A stretch of DNA of 64,000 bases from positions 81,468,001 through 81,532,000 of the forward strand of contig OZ024741.1 of assembly GCA_964016885.1 (NCBI GenBank), read 5' to 3'. Under the pieces are notes generated by a model, which worked only from the letters and a program-made list of their open reading frames with translations, ran no database searches and was not told the DNA's origin. Positions 29,008-42,848 of this stretch are shown here, piece by piece (position 1 is the stretch's first letter; each line of letters starts with the position of its first letter). A program made the position numbers and the translations under genes. The DNA comes from Eledone cirrhosa (lineage: Eukaryota).

Positions 29008-32000
29008 ATGGCTGTGCTGAGAGTAGGGTGTCTAAATGCGCGTGGCCTGGGCTCATCTTGGAAGCAAGCAATGCTTCTAAATGACCTCAGGGCACGATAT
29101 ATAAATGTGATGGTTATTTGCGAACCCGGATCAGCAGCATGCGACAGCTAGCCCCCACCTTTGATGACTTTGAGATGCACGCATCTCTCTGTCAACCCGG
29201 AGGTGGGGGTGGGGTTGTCGTTCTGCTGCAAAAACAACTGGTTCTCGCCACACAGATAGTTCACTTGGACCCGGGGGGTCAACTGGTGGTGCTGGACCTT
29301 GACAGTGGTGAAGGTGGAGCCTTTAGGCTGGTAGCCGCATATGCCCCTTTTGGGACAGAGCGGCCCGACTTTTTCCAGCGTCTGGAGTCTTTTCTAGGGA
29401 CGTCCCGTTCCCTGCTTTTAGTGGGGGACTGGAATGGTATCCTGGATGCACGTTGGGACTATGCAGGGGCATGTCCTGATAGAGAGGGGTGCAACAGCCT
29501 CAAGGGGTTACTCGGCCGATTTGACCTGGCCGATAGATTTCGACTAGATTTTCCGACGGTGCCAACCTGGTCTTGGTCAAATCGTAGCGGTCAATCTAGA
29601 TCGTACCTAGATAGGTTCTTAGTTAGAAATAAGGACAGGGACTTTTTAAGTTGTCCAAAAATGCTCATGGTTGGCTATTCACACCACAAGTTAGTGACCT
29701 CCATGGTCAACCTTGATAGAACGCATAGACAGGGACCCGGTTACTGGAAGCTCAACTTGTCCTTACCGGCAAGTAAAGCTTACAGGAACCGGATTAGTAC
29801 ATTAGTTAAGGAGCGGTTGACGGGCGCCATCGTCAACAGCAGGTGGTGGCGCTCTCTCAAAAGAGAGATTAGAGTAGCTTCAATAGGAGTTAGTAAGGAG
29901 TTAGCCTCAGATAGAAATAGGAAGGAAAGGGAGTTGGTAGATAGTGTAGAAGAGGCAATTAGAAGCGGTGACGTAGCCAGTTCTTCGACGCGAAACACGA
30001 AGACTGCGTTGTCCGAAGCAAAATACCTGTTCTGTGAAACGAGGGGACCAAAGCTGTTAGCTGGGCCCGCGTTACAGAAGCCAAAAGTGACAAAAGTGAG
30101 ACTAGATCCACTATCCGGTCTTTGCGAGACCAGGATGGACGGGTGATCCTTGAACCTAAGCAGATGTGCGAGGCCTTTCAAAGGCACTTTGCCTGATTGT
30201 TCGGAAGGGACGATGGGCCGGATGGGGATGTGGACCTCGGTCCATACCTCGACGGCCTGCCGCGTCTTTCGGACGAGAAGGCGAAGTCCTGCGAGAGGCC
30301 GATCTCAGCGAGAGGCCCATCTCATGCGATACATCATAGAGAGGGTTTGGAACGAACCCGGCTTTGGTGGGGCCCTGATCAACTTGGATCAATCTAAGGC
30401 GTTCGATAGGGTCGACCATCGTTACCTGGATGCGGTGCTAGTGACGGCAGGTTTCGGACCCATTTTCAGGGGCTGGAAAACTGCCATGCACAGCAGCCGT
30501 ATCTGCTCTAGGGTCAAGGGGAACGGCTATCTCTCGGAGCCGTTCGAAATCACGCGGTCCATCCGACAAGGATGCCCCTCTCCTCCCTTCTGTATGTATT
30601 GGCCTTAGAGCCACTGCTGTGGAAGTTAGAGTTGTTACAGGGCATCCCTTTGGAACCGGGATTGCGGAAAGCGGTGTCGGCCTAGCCGATGACGTGACGG
30701 TAATGGTGTTAACCGCCTCGGAAATCGGAGTGATCGGCACCTTACTGGAGAAATACGAAACGTTTACAGGGGCTAAGCTGAACCGGGACAAGTCAGTCGG
30801 TTTGCAACTCGGCGAGTGGAGGCGCAAACCGATGGCCTCTAACGGCGTCGTCGGACGTCGGATGGAGGGCCCGGTGAAGTTGCTCGGGGTCTGGTTCGGG
30901 CCAGACCTCCAGGTGGAGAAGAACTGGGGTGAGGTATCGAACAGGGTGTTTGCGCTGACGCGGAAGTGGGCTGAGTGCAAACTATCCCTGAAAGGTCGGG
31001 CGGAGGTGGCGAACGCTTATATAGCGTCCGTCATCTATTACCGCCTGACCGTCGTGCCTTGCCCAAGGGAAACGCTCACCAAAATGGAGCGCGCACTCTT
31101 CCAATTCCTTTGCAAGAAGCGGGCTCCTTTGGTGAGGAGATCCATCTGCTGTCAACACCCTTCGAAAGGAGGGCTGGGGATGCCGTGGCTGCTGATGCGT
31201 AAACAGGCATTAAGGCTACGGCACCTCCAGGTATTCCTCACCGGTCAACCGGTGTGGGCCTCGTTTGTGAGGCGAGCCTTTCCGAGACTCGTCGCGCTCA
31301 CCGAGCTGCAGTCCTGAGTCAAGCAAAGACCGAGAAAACTGGGAGCCTGGCACACTGAGTGTGCCCAGGCGCTCACGGCTCTCTGGCAGGTGGACCCGGC
31401 TATCGGTGGAGACTCCACCTCTCATTCTATAGAGGGCTGGTGGTTAGTAGGTGCGACGACGCCCTCGGAAAGCCCTAGGCATGGAGGAAGACGAAATGGC
31501 CAGCCTATTCGGGAGGACATTTGGCCCGGGACCTATGAACAACTTCCAGAGGTCCCTGGCCTGGCAGTGCTACCGAGGGGCGCTGCCCGTTCGAGAAAAG
31601 CTCTACAGACATGGGCGCCCGGGTAGGGACCCCTCGAATAAATCTGTGCCAGATGCGTGTGCGACGAAGAAACCGTTGCGCACGCATTGGTACACTGCTC
31701 GGGTGTTGCCGATCTGTGGGGCTATGTCGAACGACTGCTGTCACGGGTGGGACCAATCCGGTTGACCACTGACTCCATTGTAACGATCAAACCGCCTCCC
31801 CCCTTCAAAAATGAAGGAGAGGCGGTCTTCCTTGGTGAAAGAGGTGGTATGGTGGACACGTTTGAAAGGGTCGGACACCTTTCTCTCTGGCCAACAACTG
31901 GTCCTTTCTTTAAATACCATTTTAAGAGAAGGATCAGAATGGAGAGAGAGGTGCTCTACGCCAGCAAGTTTTATGAAAGGTGGGTGAAAGTAGCGAGAAT

Positions 32001-32040
32001 GGCCCGTGTGAATGGGCCTTCTCTCCTTATCAGCCTGTAG
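29008..32040 (+). pseudogene. Tx1-like ORF2 (APE endonuclease, reverse transcriptase, C-terminal zinc finger), frameshifted with an internal deletion near 30315
   Basis: LNARGL, YAP, GDWN, SYLDRF, GYWKLN, LDQSKAFDRVDH, RQGCP, ADDVT, GGLG and CDEETVAHALVHC motifs. The N-terminal RT motifs are missing between ERPISA and HLMRYII. Confidence 0.9.
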
Positions 32041-32251
32041 GTGGAAAGGTGGAAGTGGAAAGGAGCACCCCCTCTCTGTGATCCTAAGGAAAAGGGTTGC
32101 ACACTTTTTCGGGGGTGTGTGTAACCCTCAAAACGCCTCCTCCCTATTGAGGACTGTATTGTTAATTTTATATTTGTTATTTGTTTTTTACTCGTTCCTT
32201 TATGTAAACTCCCCCTTGTATTTGTCCCCCTCGTGGCAAATAAATAGAAAC

Positions 32252-32289
<38 letters not shown>

Positions 32290-33293
32290 CTCTGCCTATC
32301 TATTTATCTATCTATTTGTCTGTCTTTCTGTTTATGTTTATCGATCTCTTTCTCTCCCTTTCTCTCCCTGTCTCTCTATCCCTATCTATCTATTTATCTA
32401 CATATGGGCATGCATATTGAACGAAGTTATTGAAATTTCGTTTAGGTCTCCAACTCTTTGTGCAAATTTGTGAAAATCTTTATATATGTCTGTTTGTGCA
32501 AAACTCTTCTGACTTATTCGTCTAGCTAATGATATCCAATAATGACCCTTGACCAATTTCCTTTCCAAATACAAAATCCCCATGACCTACAACCCTAGTA
32601 AATAGGCATGCGTCATTTCGAGGCTCACTTTCTGCTGACGCAAACAGCACTCAATATCTTGAAAATAAGAAAAGGAAGCATTTTGGACAAATTCCATCAT
32701 AGCGGGTAAAAAATTACACGCACGCTCGCACATACACACACGCATGCACGCACACGCAAACACACAGACACGCACACGCAGTTATACGTATGTATGTATG
32801 TATGTAAGTATGTATGCATGTATGTATGTATGTATGTATGTATGTATGTATGTATGTATAATATATATATAATATATATATGTATATATATATATATATA
32901 AGTATATATTTATATATATATATATATATATACAGATTTATAATACAGCTTGATAAATGTTCTATCAAAGAATTATATAGATATTCTTTCAAGACTTGGT
33001 TATACGTTTTAGTTATTAAGTAATAAATTATTTATCCAATGTTTTACTCAAGTCAGATGATGAGGGCTCTGTAGGACACGCACGTACTCTAAAGCGGGTC
33101 AGTGTAGCCATCACAAATCTCGCGCAGAGCCAAATTACTTTATTTCACATACGCTATTAATCATATTAATAAAAGGAAAACTGTTGCCAGAAGAAATGGT
33201 AGGCAGGCCTAATACTCTTTGAGGGCCCTCCATGATTTCTCGTATTAATCAGAGCCAAAATTAATTATTACACTTATTAATCATATATATATG

Positions 33294-33429
<136 letters not shown>

Positions 33430-34214
33430 TGTTTTCGTAAAAATCCGTAGATGAAAGATCAAGGAAAACAGTACTCAAGATGTTGCAAGAGATCTTATTT
33501 AGTATAAGGAAAGCGAGCATTTTTTGCTTCCGTCTTTATATGGCGCTGCTCTTTCCATGTGAGGTAATGCTATTCTCTTTTCTTTTAGCTGCCAGGCCCA
33601 TTTTGCCAGTGCTGTGGTTGTTTTTTTGTTGAGATGTCTAAATGAGGAAACAAAAAATGCTTGCTCTGCCTAAGCGGGAAATTCACGATCTCATAGGGTT
33701 TATACTCATTGGATATATACCTAAACTCAAAGACTGAAATCTACAGATCATGCTTGCATCAAAAGACCCAATTTTTATCCAACTGCAAGCCCACACCACA
33801 AGACACCATCTCGCCAGATCTCCTGAACCCTCCATGGAATTACCCACCTCTAGAACCCATCAATGAGCGCGTCACACGCATACGCAGATTAAGGGCTTGT
33901 TGACAGAGACATTAATATTACAACATCATACTGTAACCATCAATCACACATACATATACCTTTTACATCTCAAAACTTAAATCAGGTGAAATACCAATCA
34001 AGACACAATCTTTGAGTGATATACCTATTTACACATATATGTATTAATCTTTTGCTGTTCGTATCCCCCCTCCCTAATCTGTCTTCAGTCATTAGATTCA
34101 GGGCTGTTACTATCCCACTCGTGTTTTCTGTTCACACTAGGTTTATGTTCTATTTTGTGTGTGGCCTCCGTAATCTGTCTGAGTGTAGCGTCAGTTTCAT
34201 GTGTGGATAGGATC

Positions 34215-35635
34215 TATTTTAGTGATTAGTGTCATATAGAATATTTTACTTTAAGCATTGGACATCTTAGAATATTTATCATAATAGGAATCAACAGAAA
34301 ATAAGCTGAACAAATTTTTCCCTGGGTTTTGTTGAATTTAGGAATTGTATCTTTCTCCATCATTCACTTACACCATGTTAACGGTTGTATGGTGGTAGGG
34401 AAATAATTAATGGGATTTAAACTTTTATTTATATCTAGGATTAAATAGACTAAGTTAACAGACGACCAAGCCGTCTCTCTAAGAATTAATCAACTAACGG
34501 TGATACTATTAAGTATAAATATATATGTACCTAGTTATATTTAATAGATGATTCACTGTAAGATTTCCCTATCTACATATAACCAAGTATATATTCAGAC
34601 TAATTTACCTATGATAAGCGTACAAAAAACAATATATATATATATATAAGAGTGCTGAGATACTAAAGTAATAGTATTCATGAATATGCAAAAGGTAATT
34701 CATATATCTATATATTCCTAGATCCCAAATATCAATATTTTGTTAAATATTTATAAGGTCATATATGCAATTACAAATTTGATTAGGTTATCTCAACTTA
34801 ATCATGATCAGTTTATAATTGCCTACCATGTCTTAATTGATCTGCAGGAAATCTACTTAATCTAAATATAAATATACTTAGCTCTATCTCAATTAGTTAA
34901 TATTTGATAGTCATAATTTCATATTATGTGAAAGAGACTTAATAATGTGCTGAGATGCAGGTATCATCCTGTATATAGAGCTACTAACTAAATATATTTA
35001 TCTTACAAGAAATACCTATGCTATTGATCCTGAATCTATAACTCACAACATACTCTTTTATATATACGCTGGGTTATAAGAAAAAAATATATGCAAATAA
35101 CGCCCAATGTATATATATGCACTCATCAGAGTTTGCATTCATCTATATATTTACATAAACATAAGTACGTCGGTATACACCGACATGCCTACAACCGCAT
35201 GTGGACACAAACTGTCATACTCACAAAATCATACAAAAGTATATTCTTCACACACAGATGTACAGATGTACATGTGTACAATTACACAGTCGTACGCTCG
35301 TAGTAATCACTATACACATAAGTACATATACATTTATACTTAATAGTATCATCGTTAATTGATTAATTCTTAGAGAGACTGCTTGGTCGTCTGTTAACTT
35401 AGTCTATTTAATCCTGGATATAAATATCTGAGTTTAAATTCCTTTAATTATCTCCCTTTCACAATGGAACCGTTAACATGGTGTAAGTGAACGATGGAGA
35501 AAGACACAATTCGTGAATTCAACAAAACCCTGAAAAAAACATTTTCCACCTTATTTTCTATTGATAAATGTTTTGAGATGTTCAATGCTTAAGGTAAAAA
35601 GTGGTTTATGTGACTAATTACTGAAATAAATTTTT
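34215..35635. repeat. Diverged ~300-bp inverted repeats enclosing ~800 bp
   Basis: 34215-34522 is the reverse complement of 35330-35635 (for example caccatgttaacgg and gactaagttaacagacgaccaagc). Confidence 0.8.
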
Positions 35636-35993
35636 TATCACTCTGAAGAGTTGTGATTTGAAACTCGCTTTAATTTTTTCAACAATAAAAGCAAGAAATT
35701 TTCAAACAGCATTTAAATGTCACAGTTTGCTCGAAACTTTGTAAGCGATTAAAACTTATTTTTTTATGAAAGAATGTTGATTTTTCCTTTAATAATTTTA
35801 AATGTGCATGCTCTGCTTATTTCCTAAATGCATCACCAAATTTTCTACGCGTTACCCAATATCTTCTCTTAACTTCTATTTGCATGAAATAAGCATTGAG
35901 TGACCGCTTCTCTCTGAAGCTGGCAAATACACTCTATAAGTCTGTCTCTCTTTTGAGAATTGATTTTATGGTTCTACATTATATATATATATA

Positions 35994-36026
35994 AACGTAT
36001 GGGACGTTAGTCCTTCCTCAAAAAAG
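35994..36026 (-). ncRNA. Degenerate family G hammerhead ending at (TA)n
   Basis: Reverse complement reads uu-UUGAGGA-a-ggac-uaac-gucc-CAUA-CGUU then (UA)n. The core is decayed relative to 59755-59788. Confidence 0.4.
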
Positions 36027-36179
36027 AAAGAAGTTAAAAGAAAGAGGATGCTGTAATGTTGATGAAACCAAAAGAAAAAAAAAACTTTATTAGGATGAGC
36101 AAGTTGGGAAAGCAATTAGTCCGGCATGCTGGGGTGGCTGGTTTTGGTCTATAATTGGTATTGTCAATCGTTTCTATGT

Positions 36180-36242
<63 letters not shown>

Positions 36243-36291
36243 AAGTAATTAAGTCAAATATTTAAGATTTGGCTTCGTTTATTAAAGATGT

Positions 36292-36346
36292 ACTGCTATA
36301 TATATTTCGGTGACAGCCATCATTGGCTGTGACCTATTCAGGCAGT
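36292..36346 (-). ncRNA. pLTR hammerhead-like fold (inverted copy)
   Basis: Exact reverse complement of 37102-37156. Confidence 0.6.
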
Positions 36347-37101
36347 TCGAATTGGTGTGGTAGAGACAGGTACACATGTTGTTAAAGTGTTTTACCCCGT
36401 CAATACTCCGATATGTCCAGCTCCTGGTTGGGTTGTTATTTCTCTGAGGAACTGGAATCATATGAATTCGAACAAACGAATTTCGGCATCATCGGACACT
36501 CTCTCCTCCCATTGGTCAGTTGTGAGAACATTCCTCAGTCAAAAGTCTATAGAAATGTTTTTTTGAGGCAAGACAATCTGTTGTGGTTGTTTTTGTTAAG
36601 TACAGCTGACCTCCTCCCTTGTGTTTATTGGTGTTAGGGAGTCAGCTGGCAGGTCAGCCTTAGTTCTACTGCTGCTGTCTTTAGAAGAATGGGTGTGTGT
36701 GGGTTGGCATCAATCCTACCACCCTTTCACGTGGTGGAGGGTGCAAAACAGATAATGCAATCAGATAAAGTAAAATGAAGAAATAAAATATAAAAAAATA
36801 AGATAAAATAAATGAATAAAATAGAATAAAATGCGTGTTTGTTATAGCCAATATCAAATATCAAAGAAGAATAAAGTGAGTGTGTGTTATAGCCAATATT
36901 AAAGTTTGAAAGATTTGGAAAATATTGACTGAAGTATAAAGGCTATGTGTCAGAATCGGGAAATGCAAAAGATTACTATCTTTACACTATCATGGGGTGG
37001 TGCGTTTTAAGAGCAAATGAGGCAAGAGTGGAGTGTAAAACACCATAACCTGAGTGTCAAAATCCGGAACATGTGTGTTTGTCTCTACCACACCAATTCG
37101 A

Positions 37102-37156
37102 ACTGCCTGAATAGGTCACAGCCAATGATGGCTGTCACCGAAATATATATAGCAGT
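37102..37156 (+). ncRNA. pLTR hammerhead-like fold, core CUGAAUA (G8 replaced by U)
   Basis: ACUGC-CUGAAUA-ggucacagcca-auga-uggcugucacc-GAAA-UAUAUA-UA-GCAGU. Stem I is 5 bp, stem II is long, stem III is the palindrome AUAUAUAU. Confidence 0.6.
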
Positions 37157-37363
37157 ACATCTTTAATAAACGAAGCCAAATCTTAAATATTTGACTTAAT
37201 TATTTTATTTTACATTACTCCAGAGTAACCAAACCAACCTGCGTACTTCGTCGAGTGCTCCAATCTGCATACTGAGGTGTCGGTAAACAACCAACATATA
37301 CTCAAAATTTATCTAGCCCCACCACGTGTTGAGCGCTTCAAACAGTAGCGGACTTAAGTCACT

Positions 37364-39992
37364 ATGGAAAAACTGGCAACCTTGGCGTCACTGAAGGATA
37401 TCTTCCTACCTGGCAAACGAGAATACACCAGTGAGCTCATCAGAAGTACGGACTCCCTTGTCCGTAGGATGACATGGAGGGCGTTCCACTTTGAAAGAGA
37501 AACGCATAAAATTACCAACACCCAAAACATGGAGTACCTTTTTAGATAAAGGAGGAACCCTCCCAACAACAGCCTAATGGAGGAGTTCGAAAACAAGATG
37601 ATCAACATTATCTCCAACCTCAAATTCTCCGGAAACCCACCCAGAAGTCAGGAGTACCTCAGACACCTGGGAAACGGGATTACAAAACTTAAAGAGACAA
37701 CTGGAATACTTGTCCATACCGATAAAACCAACAACCTCTACAACATGGACATTGAACTGTATGATAAGCTAATTCTCATGGAACTGAGGAAATGCTACAA
37801 AAAACACCCGGAGTTACCCTGGATGAGATCAACGTCACAGCTTACAGGATTATATCCGGACTCTGCATAGAGGATAGGACGGCCCCATACCAATCAAGGG
37901 AGCCGCGGATTACCCTTAAGGACTACAAGCCAAACTTTGAGTCTGACCTCCCGGTTAGATTAATAGTCCCCTCCAGATCAAACCTAGGGATCGTCAGTAA
38001 AAACATACTGGATAAGATTTTGCTCAAGCTTCGGAAAAAAACTAGATTACAATGGTCATGTAGGGGAGAGGTAATAGAATGGTTTAAGATACTACCTGAG
38101 AAAAGTAGGACCAGCTTTATCCAACTGGATATTGCAGGCTACTACTCCTCAATCTTGCCCATAGTACTCAATAAGGCCCTTATTTTAGCGATGTCCAATA
38201 CGGACCTAACACGCGAGGAGGTGAGCATCATCCACGCCGCCCGAAAGACCCTGATCAGTTTCGGTGGAGACCTTTGGACCAGAAGTGATTGGCCAAATAA
38301 CTTTGACATCACGATGGGCTCCAGCGACTCCGCACAGGTAACGGACCTGGTCGGGCTATTCCTGCTGAAGCAGATAAAAGATGAAATCCCCTGCCCGGGC
38401 TGCGGATTGTATCGTGACGATGCACTCTTCACAGTCTATGGTGGAGAGAATGAAGAGGCGTATTCGGCATTTCTTTAAGAACCATGGGCTCAATATCGAA
38501 CTAGACCCAAATAGAAAGGTAGTTAACTTCCTAGACACCACCCTAAACCTGAACACCCAGCAATACTACCTATATCACAAGCCCAACAAGAAACTGGTAT
38601 ATGTTAACGCCAAGTCAAACTACCCTAGATCCATAATTAAGGCCGTAGTGAAGAGTGTCTCGGACAGGTTCTCCAGCCTGTCCGCAAATAAGGAGATCTT
38701 CGATAGCAACGCAGAATATTACAACGCAGCTCTAAATAAGGCGGCGCATGGCCAAAATATATCATATAATCCGAGGCGCCATGACTGGGATAGCCCAACG
38801 GATACCCCGACCCACGGGATCTGGGAGGGGGGAACCCTAACAACACAAGCAGAGTAAAAACAACTAAACATCATGAACCCGACACTACCTCGCGAGGGGC
38901 ACGCGTACATGGGAGGAAACCCGGTACGAGTAGCAGTCTCAGGGGTGATATCAACCACCCCGTGCCCGACGCCCCCAACCGCAAGACACGAAGCGGGACC
39001 GATGGAAGACCATCCCACCGTAGAACTCCCAGCGTGGGTAACAACCATCCCAGAGATACGGGCCGGGAAGTTAGCAGAACACATAGCGACCAAAGGGGAA
39101 GCAGCAATGCGGGAACCACTAGCAACCCAACAACTCCCTAACAACCTACGACACGCTCAACCCACCCACATAGGAGTAGACACAGAAAAATCACGTGGTA
39201 CAACCCACCATTCTCAGCGGCCCTAAAGAACAGCATGGCCCGCTCATTCTTTAGAGCACTAGATAAATGCTTACCGAAGGACCATAGATACCGCAAGATC
39301 TTCAACAGACACACTGTAAAACTCTCATATTCTACCACGCGAAATGTGGCCCAGCACATAGCTAGCATTAATAGGGGTAGACTTAAAAACCACACACAAC
39401 CGGAAGCTGGCAATATAGGCACCCGGCAGAACCATGTGGAGGGAAAGAAGGGTGGACCCAGTAACCCAAACAGACCCAGGGACCCCCCACCGGGCCCGGG
39501 GGAGGACCACCATATAATACGCAACGGGAACCCCATATTAGGCACGCGGAGGTCGACCACCTCCTGCAACTGCAGAAACCCAGCATTATGCCCCCTTAGT
39601 AATGAATGCCTAAGGAAGAACTTAATATACGGATGTAGAGTAAAAACGCCCCAACTCTGTACACCTTTACATAGGAGCCACATCAACGAGCTTTAAGGAC
39701 TGATGGTATAACCATCACCATTCCTTTAACAGGGAGGACAAAAGAAAAAGTACGGCTCTTTCCGAACTGATCTGGAAGCTCAAGCTGGACAGGACCCCGT
39801 ACTCTCTGGCCTGGTCCAAAAATCAGGAAAGTACCACCTGATAAAGAGGGATCTGGCATCTGCAAACTATGTCTGAGCGAGACCCTCGAAATACTCAGCG
39901 GTGGAAGCAACCTGATAAACCTCAGGACTGACTTCTTCGGGACATGTAGACACCTCAGGGCCGGGACCTTCCTCAAGCTATATGGACAATAA
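37364..39992 (+). pseudogene. Penelope-like RT plus GIY-YIG endonuclease ORF, multiple frameshifts and stops
   Basis: TDKTNNLY, ITLKDYKPNF, QLDIAGYYSSI, MGSSDSAQVTDLVG, GLYRDD, NFLDTTL, WYNPPFS, KIFNRHTVKLSYS, CNCRNPALCPLSNEC, YIGAT, WYNHHHSF, CKLCLSE and CRH. Confidence 0.9.
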
Positions 39993-40129
39993 CAACACAT
40001 TGGGAGGGGAACTTCCCTCAAGCTATAGGAACTTCTCCGGGACATGTAGACACCCCAGGCCTGGACCTTCCTCAAGTTATATGAACAATAACAACACTTT
40101 GGGATGGGAACTTCCCTCAAGCTATAGGG
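39930..40129 (+). repeat. ~99-bp tandem duplication spanning the end of the Penelope-like ORF
   Basis: acttct.cgggacatgtagacacc...aacttccctcaagctatagg occurs twice. Confidence 0.85.
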
Positions 40130-40861
40130 ACAGTAGCCCCGCCACACCGAGCCCACGGTAAATCACCCCCTACACTTTCACCACCCCTACCCCTGCCTCG
40201 ATCGACTCCTATGGCAGCACAGGCTTATGCATATGTCCATACATAGACCCTGTTATTTAAGATTGTACAGGCACTGTTACTTACATATGTGTGTGTGTGT
40301 GTGCGTGTGTGTGCGAGTATATATATACATATATATATATGGGTGTGTGTGTGTTTGTATAATCTGTGTGTGTGTGGGTGTGTGTGAATATGGGATGCTC
40401 CTGGGCCCGTGTTGGTGCGTGTGGGCTTGCAACGATGTGGGTTGACATACACGCATATGTACTATATGCCGAATTAAAAACTGTAGTCCTCTGCATTTCC
40501 GGATTTTGACACTCAGGTTATGGTGTTTTACACTCCACTCTTGCCTCATTTGCTCATAAAACGTACCACTCCATGATAGTGTAAAGTTCGTAATCCTTTG
40601 CATTTCCCGATTCTGACACATAGCCTTTATACTTCAGTCAATATTTTCCAAATCTTTCAAACTTTAATATTGGCTATTAACACACACGCACTTTATTCTT
40701 CTTTGATATTTGATATTGGCTATAACAAACACGCATTTTATTCTATTTTATTCATTTATTTATTTATTTTTTTACTTCTTCATTTTATTGTATCGTATCT
40801 TATTATTTTATTATTTATTTTATCTTATTTTTTTATATTTTATTTCTTCATTATCTGATTC

Positions 40862-41045
40862 CTTGGCAGTATCGGTTGAGGGTCGGACGCTATGCTTTGA
40901 CGCATATAGTTACGGTCCTTGCCATTCTGAGTTCAAATCCCGCCGAGGTTTACTTTGCCTTTCATCCTTACCGGGTCGATAAAATAAAGTAGCAGTAATG
41001 CACTGTGTATTTGCTGGCCTTGTGCCAAAAGTAGAAACAATTATC
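40862..41045 (+). mobile_element. Main-family SINE inserted in the Penelope-like 3' region
   Basis: Present here but absent from the inverted copy at about 36750-36770. Confidence 0.85.
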
Positions 41046-41449
41046 TGTTTGGCATCCCCCACCACGTGAAAGGGTGGTAGGATTGATGCCAACCCACACA
41101 CACTCATTCTTCTAAAGACAGCAGCAGTAGAACTAAGGCTGACCTGCCAGCTGACCCCCTAACACCAATAAACACAAGGGAGGAGGTCAGCTGTACTTAA
41201 CAAAAACAACCACAACAGATTGTCTTGCCTCAGAAAAAAATGTCTATAGACTTTTGACTGAGGAATGTTCTCACAACTGACCAATGGGAGGAGAGAGTGT
41301 CCTATGATGCCGAAATTCGTTTGTTCGAATTCATATGATTCCAGTTCCTCAGAGAAATAACAACCCAACCAGGAGCTGGACATATCGGAGTATTGACGGA
41401 GTAAAATACTTTAACAACATGTGTACCTGTCTCTACCACACCAATTCGA

Positions 41450-41504
41450 ACTGCCTGAATAGGTCACAGCCAATGATGGCTGTCACCGAAATATATATAG
41501 CAGT
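41450..41504 (+). ncRNA. pLTR hammerhead-like fold (3' copy)
   Basis: Identical to 37102-37156. Confidence 0.6.
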
Positions 41505-41930
41505 ACTTCTATAATAAACGAAGCCAAATCTTAAATATTTGACTTAATTACTTTATTTTACATTACTCCGGAGTAACCAAACCAACCTGCGTACTTCGTC
41601 GAGTGCTCCAATCTGCATACTGAGGTGTCGGTAAACAACCAACATATACTCAATATATATATATATATAATATGCATTCTATGACTGAACTTTCACCACA
41701 ATACAAGATTTTTTATCAATAGGCTCGTCTTTTTCCCTCAATTTCCAAATGAATCTCGATAAGATGGTGGAAATGTTTTTCACAATTGCTCCGATGAAGT
41801 GAGCGCGGGAAATTCAAGATGTACTCATTCTGATTCAGATTGATATGATTACAATTAGGAGTGGTATTTTAATAGTTTCTACAAAGATGTTTTTGGGAAT
41901 ACTTGAAAAATCTCACACAAACACACACAC

Positions 41931-41978
<48 letters not shown>

Positions 41979-42251
41979 ATGTATGTATATATGTATATAT
42001 ATATATATACATACATCCATACATACACACACACATACATATATATATATGACACATAAGATTCTATAGTGGATATTTTCCTGTCGCAAACATAGATATA
42101 AGCCAAGCAAACCAATCTCCCTCCTCTCCTCTCACGCTTCCACTACAGCCATTGCAGCTGTTTATTCTCACCCGTATACAAATGTCTGAAAAGGTTAAGG
42201 ATACAGCATCCTTTCTCAACTACCTTATGAGAAATATTTAATATCAAATAT

Positions 42252-42257
<6 letters not shown>

Positions 42258-42282
<25 letters not shown>

Positions 42283-42339
42283 TTGTATGTATATATATAT
42301 ATATTTGTATGTATATATATATATATATATATATATTTG

Positions 42340-42378
<39 letters not shown>

Positions 42379-42617
42379 ATGTATATATATATATATATAT
42401 TTGTATGTATATATATATATATATATTTGTATGTATATATATATATATATATATATATTTGTATGTATATGTATATATATTTGTATGTATATGTATATAT
42501 ATATATATTTGTTTGTATATATATATATATATTTGTATGTATATGTATATATATATATATATGTATGTATATGTATATATATATATATGCATATATATGT
42601 ATATATGTCTATATATA

Positions 42618-42652
<35 letters not shown>

Positions 42653-42848
42653 GTTTGTGTATATATATATATGTGTGTGCGTGTATATATATATATATAT
42701 ATATGTTTATATGTATATATGTGTGTGTTTGTGTATATATATATATGTGTGTGCGTGTATATATATATATATATATATATGTTTATATGTATATGTGTGT
42801 GTGTGTGTGTGCGTGTGCATGTGTATGTGTGTGTGTGTCTGTATATAT
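42258..42848. repeat. Compound (TA)n / tttgtatg / (TG)n microsatellite
   Basis: Directly visible. Source of the YI-repeat ORFs. Confidence 0.95.

Larger units (their letters stand above)
26980..32251 (+). mobile_element. L1/Tx1-clade LINE, apparently full span, decayed, inserted in (TCTA)n
   Basis: ORF1 with zinc knuckle, ORF2 with APE and RT, 3' aataaa, and (TCTA)n on both flanks. Confidence 0.9.
36237..41653 (+). mobile_element. Penelope-like element (Naiad-type) with partial upstream pLTR and an inverted 5' segment, inserted in (TA)n
   Basis: 36237-37068 is the reverse complement of about 40498-41560 minus a SINE. 37068-37303 is a direct repeat of 41416-41653. RT and GIY-YIG ORF lie between. 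(TA)n on both flanks. Confidence 0.92.

Noticed and set aside
35640-35672. ctgaaga...gaaac motif
   Set aside because: Stem II and stem I do not pair convincingly.
39695-39710. In-frame TGA in the Naiad-type endonuclease as possible selenocysteine
   Set aside because: It falls at the Arg of FKxRxxNH, best explained as CGA to TGA decay in an already frameshifted copy.
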